A stretch of 60,099 nt of DNA from Octopus bimaculoides (Eukaryota), in NCBI RefSeq assembly GCF_001194135.2, contig NC_068995.1, forward strand, positions 52,447,489 to 52,507,587, in the 5' to 3' direction. A program made the position numbers and the translations under genes. Positions 52,131 to 60,099 of this stretch are shown here, one piece after another (position 1 is the stretch's first letter; each line of letters begins with the position of its first letter). The notes beneath the pieces are model-generated. The model saw only the letters and a program-made list of their open reading frames with translations, ran no database searches and was not told the DNA's origin.

Positions 52131-52580
52131 TTCCCCCAACCACCACAATATTCAAGTGATTGCATGCAAGTGAGAGGCGCTCAACACCTCACCTAACGAT
52201 AAAAGTACTCAGGTATTCATTATTTATTGCTCCTGTGAAACATACGAACAATCCTCACTCTCTTTTCCAAACACACATACACACATGTAAATATACATAT
52301 ATACACGTACACTCAAAACTGGCAAACACACACACACCTCCTCCACTCATACCTGCACTTATTCACTCCTCTCTCTCTCTCTCTTCTACTCTCTCTCTTT
52401 TCCACTCTCTCTCTCTCTCTCTTCTACTCTCTCTCTTTTCCACTCTCTCTCTCTCTCTTTCTTTTCCACTCTCTTTCACTTTAACTAGTAACAAATATCT
52501 GTCTGGATGNNNNNNNNNNNNNNNNNNNNNNNNNNNNNNNNNNNNNNNNNNNNNNNNNNNNNNNNNNNNNNNNNNNNNNN

Positions 52581-52626
<46 letters not shown>

Positions 52627-53405
52627 TGTATATATCGGTATATATGTATATATGTATGTATGCATGCATGTATGTATGTATGTGTGTGTGTGTATATATA
52701 TATATATACATATATATGTGTATGTATGTATGTATGTATGTATATATGTGTGTATATACATGTATGTGTGTGTTTGTGACAAATATTTGTAGAATTTATT
52801 TATCAAAGAAAGGTATTTTCACCTGATTACATCACCAGGTTGACAACAAAAAGATGCCCCCCCCCCCGCCATATAACTGTAAACACACCTACATAAACTT
52901 AACCCATCGCCACCCAAATCATATATTTGTATGAATGTGTTCAAATTTCTGTGTCGGAATTTGTTTGTTTCTGTATATACATACACATGTGTGTGTGTGT
53001 GTGTGTGTACACATATATGCAATTTATCTAATAAGTACATTACAGCATGTTTAAATAGTGTTTTACTAATGGAAAACTCTATACCTATCTATCTGCCTGT
53101 CAATTATCTTTGACTATGGAATCTCTGTCTGTCTCTGTCTGTTATCTATGTATCTGTCTGTCTATCTGTGGTATCTGTCTGTCTGTCTGTTTGTTTGTCT
53201 GTGTATATATATCACTCACTCACTTTCCTTTGCCAGTGGATCGTCTGCTGGTTTTGTGTCTTCAAAGACTTGTGAAATAAGAGTCCTTAGTTGAAAAATA
53301 AAGCAAGGCTTAAAGACAGGATGAGTATCTAATTGTAAAATAAAGCTTCAATAATATATTCTTCTAACCCATGCTAGCATGGGGAAAAAAATGTAGAGAT
53401 GACTC

Positions 53406-53456
<51 letters not shown>

Positions 53457-54158
53457 TTAAAAAGCCCAAACAATGCAAGTTAAAAGAAAATACTACAAGT
53501 TGGTAGTCTGTGCTTTTATTTTGTATTTTGATTTTTTGGTGTTAGGATCTCTTTTCCAGGAAGTCTTTGGAGAATTTTTATTGTGATCTGATTTTTCTGT
53601 TTTGCAGTGAGTGGATATGGAGGGTTGCTTTGCATATGCAGGATAGCAGTATTATAGTAGTCACTCACGTGTGGAGCTTGGTTCTTTCGTTAATACCTCA
53701 TCTGTTGTTTCTAATGAGTATGGTTTCTTTCATCCTCAGATTCCCAATGTTTCATTCTATGACATCAATAAAAACCTGCCTATCTATCTATCTATCACAC
53801 AAAACATCCAAGCTTCCATTGATGCCACACAATGAAATATTGGGAACCTAAGAATAAAAGAAGTCATCAGCATTGGTAAGACCAATCCACACTTTGAAAC
53901 CAGAACCTAGCTGCATGCAGCAGATTGGCCGATACAGCGATGCTGTCCTCTGTATGCAGAGCAGCCCTTCATATACTCCCACTACCGAACAGAAAAGTTC
54001 TGGCAGTTAGAAGGGCATCATCTGGCCATAGAAACATCTGCCTCAATCTCAATGAATTATGTCTGAGTCATGCAAGCATGGAACAATGATGATGGTGAAG
54101 AAGACTCTCCCCCCCCCTCTCTTCCCTGTCTGTCTGTCTGTCTGCCTGTCTGTCTCTC

Positions 54159-54189
<31 letters not shown>

Positions 54190-54408
54190 AAGTACATACA
54201 TGTTTGTTATGTCTAATATATCCCTGTAGATGCTTGAAAATACTGGTAATGTATTACTATGATTAAAGACAGATAGCAAAAATAAGCATTAAAAAAAATG
54301 GAAAATGATGACACACACACGTACACTTACAGATACACACACACACACACACACTCTCTCTCTCTCTCTCTCATCTCTGTCACATATATAAACATTCTTC
54401 TCTCTCTA

Positions 54409-54455
<47 letters not shown>

Positions 54456-54729
54456 ACTCATTCTTGTTCTTCTCGTCTCTTACTCATTCTCTCTCTCTTT
54501 CATTCATTCCGTAGAACCAAACCATTTGTTGAATGGCACAGTATGTAAATGTCTAATTGGCGGACTTTAACAGCAAAGAGGTAAGTGACTCGGAGACTGT
54601 TTTTCTTTTTCTTGAAGGAAGGGACACAAGAATAGAGGGGAGAGGGGGAGAGGGATTGCCGCTTTGTTAGTATACTTGCTGTGTGTGTATGTATATATTT
54701 ATATATGTGTATCTGTATACGTGTGTGGC

Positions 54730-54942
54730 CCAGTGCTTGAAAGGAACTCAGCCACTTTGCCTCTGTGAGGCCCAGCATTCAAAAGATGTTCTTTACGTGC
54801 CGGCAGCATGGGTACCCTTGGCTTGACAGGTCTTCTCAACCACAGCGCATCGCCAAAGGTCTCGGTCACCAGTCATTGCCTCTGTGAGGCTCAAAATTTG
54901 AAGATCATACTTCACCACCTCATCTCATGTCTTCCTGGGTCT
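54730..54942 (-). mobile_element. RTE-clade LINE 3' end fragment
   Basis: The - strand reads RPRKT*DEVVKYDLQILSLTEAMTGDRDLWRCAVVEKTCQAK, the recalled RTE GRPRKTW..DL..W C-terminal motif; internal duplication of tgcctctgtgaggc. Confidence 0.7.
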
Positions 54943-55608
54943 GTATGTAAATATATGCAGGCATGATTGTGTCGTTTAAGAAACACATTTTCAACCACAG
55001 GGTTTTGAGTTCAATCACACTTCACAAAACTTTTTGGGCAAGTGTCTTTTACAAAAGCCCTGGGTTGACCAATACCTTGGGAGTGAATTTGGTAAGCAAA
55101 AACTGTATGGAAGCCCATTGTTGGATTTGTCATGTTCTTCACATTCAATGTACGAAATCTCACCTATTTAAAATATTCTTTTCTACTCTTGACACAAGGC
55201 CTGAAAATTTTGACCATATATCTGTTTGGCTCGGTTTGATTTGAATCTATATAACAAGGAGGTTTTGTAAAAAAGCCTAATAAAAACCAAATGCAGAAAC
55301 AGTAAAACACAAAACCAAAAAAAAACATGATGTTCGCCACCAACAACTACTTCCTAAATCCCTTAACAATGAATAAAACAAAACTCCACAGCAAGCAGGT
55401 GATAATTAAAGGAGCTGGGGTGGTCCCTAGTTCCTGTGATTCTTGTCATTCCCCACCCCTCATACCATCTCCATTATGACACCTGAGATTTCCTGCTTTT
55501 CTAGATTTGTTTATGCAACCCCCACCAACTTTTGTCTCCCTCAGAGTGGGAGTGGAATGGCATGAGGGAAAGGGGGTATATGTGTGTGTGTGTGTGTGTG
55601 TGCGTGTT

Positions 55609-55665
<57 letters not shown>

Positions 55666-55854
55666 TAGTATACAAGTGAATGGCAGAATTGTGTGTGTGT
55701 GTGTGTGTGTGTGAAAGGAAAAAGATTTCCTGATTGTCTTTTGTTTTTATATACATATGTACACACATACACACATTACAATATATATATGTTTATATGT
55801 ATGTATATATATACATATACCTATACATACACACACACACATGTAAAGTTACAT

Positions 55855-55902
<48 letters not shown>

Positions 55903-56112
55903 ATCTATCTATCTATCAATACCATCATCGTTGTCATTTAATGTCCTCCTTCCATGCTGGCATGGGTTGGACGGTTTGACAGGAGGTGGCCAGGCGGGAG
56001 CCTGTACCACACTTCTGTGTCTGTTTTGGCATAGTTTCTATGGCTTGATGCCCTTCCTAACACCAACCACTCTGTAGAGTATATATATACATATACATAT
56101 ATNNNNNNNNNN

Positions 56113-56146
<34 letters not shown>

Positions 56147-57461
56147 TGCATATGTGTGTATGCATATATATGTGCACACACATATAAATACACGCATATT
56201 TATGCATGTGTATGTGTGTGTGTGTGTGCGTGCACGTGTGTGTGTATGTGTGTGTATTTGAGTGTGTATGTATGTGTGTATTCAGATAATTATGACTTGA
56301 ATTTTTGTTTTGCTTGGAAATAGTTCAGGAAGTTTTAGAATGGTGATTCTGGTTATTATTGTTGGTAGACATTACTGTAACAAGGAAGATATAAAGAGAG
56401 ATTAGCACCGACACTACTTATTAATTAGGCCTTCTTGATTAGTCAACAAAGAGCTCGTTGCTATTTAATCATAAGGTAGTTTATCAAAGAACTAGTTGCT
56501 TGTCTCTAAGAAACTGGATAACCAAGCTGAGAGCATTGTTACCGGTAAGTTGAAGCTAGTATTTTCTTTCACAGCAGTATGGCTACTACTACTACTACTA
56601 CTACTGGTTGTAATTGTAGTAAGGTTTCTTCCTGAGTCATATAGACTCATGGGGCTGGTTTCCTGGTTTCCATGGCGTATGTATTCTCCACCTTGATGGG
56701 ATGCTAATCCTTCACAGGATTACTCACTTTTGGTGCTTTATACATGCCACCGGCACAGGAGCCAGTCAGGGGGCACTGGCCCCATGGGCTTCTTTCAGTT
56801 TCTGTCTACCAAATCCTCTCATAAGGCTTTGGTCAGCCTGAGGCTATAGTAGAAGACACCCTAGGTGCCACGCAGTGGGACTGAACCCAGAACCATGTGG
56901 TTGAGAAGCAAGCTTCTTACCAACCAGCCGCACCTGTGCCTATGTTTGTTAATGATGTTTGTTAATTATCTTTGAGCTGACTCCATCCAACCAGGCTAGA
57001 TAGATAAAAGGATGTCAGATCATTTACAGAAACAAAAATAGAAACAAACAAATCAACAAATAAAAAAAAAGGTATTTGCTTTGATGACGCAGTTATCTAA
57101 TTAATTATTGATCTCTGTGGCAAAAGCCTCTGACAATAGAATCCTGTGAAGTGTTGATGATGTGGCGATGGTGGGAGCTTTGCTTTTTAAGTTCCTGTGT
57201 AAATAAAGTACCGAGATTATAAAACAGTGGATAACCTCCACAGGGAGATTACTAGAATCAACAACAGGATTCAGGAAAACAACAAAATCAGGAAGACATC
57301 AGGGAGGCTTTAGATTCTAGCTAATATATGTAAATTTATATTGCAGACTCCTCAGTATATCACAGGTTTCTGCAGCTGATAGGTATCTCTATTTTTTAGA
57401 TTTTAATTATTTCTGTGGGAGGTTTTGGAATGTAACACCGGCCATAGTTGAAGGATTACTG

Positions 57462-57510
<49 letters not shown>

Positions 57511-58576
57511 ATATATTTATATATATAAAGCCCTGAATACTTGTGGATCTACTGAGAAACAGACACACCTATGAAGTAATTTAATATGCCTTGTTAAATG
57601 AAGCGAATGAGACAATATTTTACGTTTTATTTTGAAGTGTTTTACTTGGTCATGTGGCTAAAAAGCTTGCAAAGATGACATGTGAACTCCTTACTCCCAA
57701 CCCTTAGGTTTAGTAATAACTGCAGCACTAGTCTTTTATCATATGCGCCCACCACCCAACAGTCATTTCAAATATGCAGAAATCACAATCCGATATCTAT
57801 GTGTTCCCACCATAGAAATCAGCAATTCTCTTTATGTAATCTGATGAGTCAACTGGAGGTCTAAATGCAATGCTGTTGTTGTTGTTGCTGTTGATGATGA
57901 TGATGATAATGGAGGTGGTGGTTGTCGTGATTAACCCCAGGTCAACTCTGATAGTGTAAGGTAATCGAGACAAGAATAGTGCTTGATGTCTATCATTCAG
58001 GCAAAGTGTATTTAGGATTATATTATCTGATGTAACCTTTTTTTTTTTTTATATTTTAAGCTACTAGGATAGGGTTTGAAGGAGATTTAGCTGCTATTTC
58101 TAGCAGGTTTAGCAATCCTACAGAAGCTTTCATAGTGGCTAAAGATAGATTGATAGATAGATAGAGAGGGAGCTGAATGTACATATTCTATTGGTCTCTT
58201 TTGCTGAACCACTAAGTTACGGAGATGTAAACACACCAACATTGCTTGTTAAGTAATGGTGGGGGAACAAATACAGACACACAAACATACACACATACAT
58301 ACATACATACACACACACATACATACATACATACATACATACATATCATTGGTAGAGCGTATATCCGAAAAAGAACCACATTCTAAAATTAGACCAGTCA
58401 TCGAGTGACCAATAGTTTTGCATCCATAAAGGTAGGAAACCAGTTTTTTACATCTAGTTTGAAGAGAGACCATATACCTGTGGCCATTGACATCTTGTGA
58501 GTCGCCTATAAAGCAAAGTGCTTCATGGATGAGAAGCCATTGATCACTTTATGGCTGGATCATACATTTAACTTTA

Positions 58577-58638
<62 letters not shown>

Positions 58639-58674
58639 TTTTTTTATTCTCTCTCAGTTTGTTTCCTCGTGTTC

Positions 58675-58710
58675 CTTTCTGTTGAAGAGCATAGGCTCGA
58701 AACGTAAAAG
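58675..58710 (+). ncRNA. Variant minimal hammerhead-like motif, CUUU-CUGUUGA-A-GAGC-AUAG-GCUC-GAAA-CGUA-AAAG, in a dispersed repeat
   Basis: Stem I, stem II, ACGU stem III and a GUA site are all present, but core A6 is U; second, damaged copy at 47265-47300. Confidence 0.45.
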
Positions 58711-59434
58711 ACTTTCTCACCTTCCCAAGCGTCAAACTAATACACCTGTTTGTTTATACACCTGTCTTCATCTTTTGTTTTTCTCCAAATTTCAACCATA
58801 TACATACATACATACATATGGTTTCTTTATTTGTGAATTAAGGCTACCATTGGTTTCTTGTTAAGAAAAGTAGGAAAATATCCCAATGTCTTAACACAAT
58901 TTTTCAGGCCAATCACATGCAGAAACATGTTTGCCTCCATTTTGGAAAACAGTCTCGCTTCATTCACGGGATCCAAAAGATGCCACTCAAGAGTAACATC
59001 CCTTGATTCATTGATTCATTGTCTTATTTACATGAATTTACAAGAAATCCTGTGAAGTCCACTCAGCTGGCAAAAATGAGTAATTCTACAATGGACCAGC
59101 ATCTTGTCCAAGTGTGGAATTTATTCGCCATGGAAACCAGAAAACTGGCTCTCACGAATTGGCGTGACATGACAAGGTAACAATGCATCATCCCACTCAG
59201 ATGAGGTGTTTTGCATTGTGTGTACTTGGTGACCTTAACAGTGCTCGTGCCATGGGAAAAGCACCCAGTACACTCTGTGAAATGGTTCGGCATTAGGAAG
59301 TAGATCCAGCTGTTGAAACCATGTCAAAAACAGACAATGAAGCTCAGTGCAACGCTGGCTTGTCGGCTCATGTCGAACTGACCAACCTATGCTAGCACTG
59401 AAAATAGGACAATAAATGGTGATGATGATGATGG

Positions 59435-59470
<36 letters not shown>

Positions 59471-60099
59471 TGCACATACACACATTCACACATACGTGTT
59501 TGTTTATTCTTTGATCCATACATACACACGTATATGTTTATTCTTTGATCTATTTCCATAGTAGCATGGGTTAAACACACACATACAAACACACAGACAC
59601 AGACACACACACATGCACACACATGCACACACTGTATGTGTGTTTGTTTGGTGTTTGTGTTTGGGGGTGAACACAAGTCAGAGAAAAAAAATGCCAGTAT
59701 GGTATTTTGATATCATAAATAAGTGTCAAATTAATTAAGCAATTGATATTTTGAATTGCTTTATTGACTGGCAAATATGTGACTTGTACACAATGATAAC
59801 ACGGACTCTATGACAATATTGTAAATATACGAAAGAAAATGTCATGTATAATTCTTTTCTACTCTAAGCACAAGGCCTGAAATTTTTGGGGAGGGGGGGG
59901 GCAGTCGATTAGATCAACCCAGTATGCAACAGGTACTTTTGAAGTTCATGATAGTGTAACTCAGTGTTAAACATTATTAAAATAAAAATTATCTCCCAAA
60001 AATGCCTTCTCTACTTATTTTTTCCATTATACAATACTGGATCAAGAACTTCCTTTTTTTCAATTATTCTACTATATATATATATATATATATATATAT

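Noticed and set aside
634-52806. Long ORFs in the track that contain X runs (e.g. 4317-5261, 33776-35026, 38751-39845)
   Set aside because: They are open only because N gaps contain no stop codons.
8978-59774. YIYI / HTHT / CVCV / poly-I / poly-H ORFs
   Set aside because: Translations of (TA)n, (CA)n, (TATG)n and (CAT)n microsatellites.
1-60099. CRISPR arrays, rRNA genes or prokaryote-style operons
   Set aside because: Eukaryotic sequence; the tandem repeats lack unique spacers and no such genes are seen.

Overview
AT-rich metazoan scaffold, very dense in microsatellites and SINEs, with many N gaps. The repeat landscape suggests a cephalopod, probably Octopus (inference, not verified). The only well-supported protein-coding gene is the 3' part of a multi-PDZ gene of the PDZD2 / neuronal pro-IL-16 family on the + strand: 9 visible coding exons, 6088-19248, 3 PDZ domains. 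All visible splice phases join except across the gap at 12182-12377, which hides the start of one exon. The rest is tRNA-derived SINEs, MITEs, decayed LINE fragments and tandem repeats, a CpG-richer domain at about 29.4-38.8 kb, and weak signs of a - strand spliced transcript. The most interesting signal is a tRNA-headed, fold-back SINE-like element whose 3' end carries a minimal hammerhead ribozyme motif (one intact copy, 21440-21485, - strand), plus a second repeat family with a variant hammerhead-like motif (58675-58710). Family assignments rest on recalled sequences; no searches were run. Most ORFs in the supplied track are artefacts of gaps or simple repeats.
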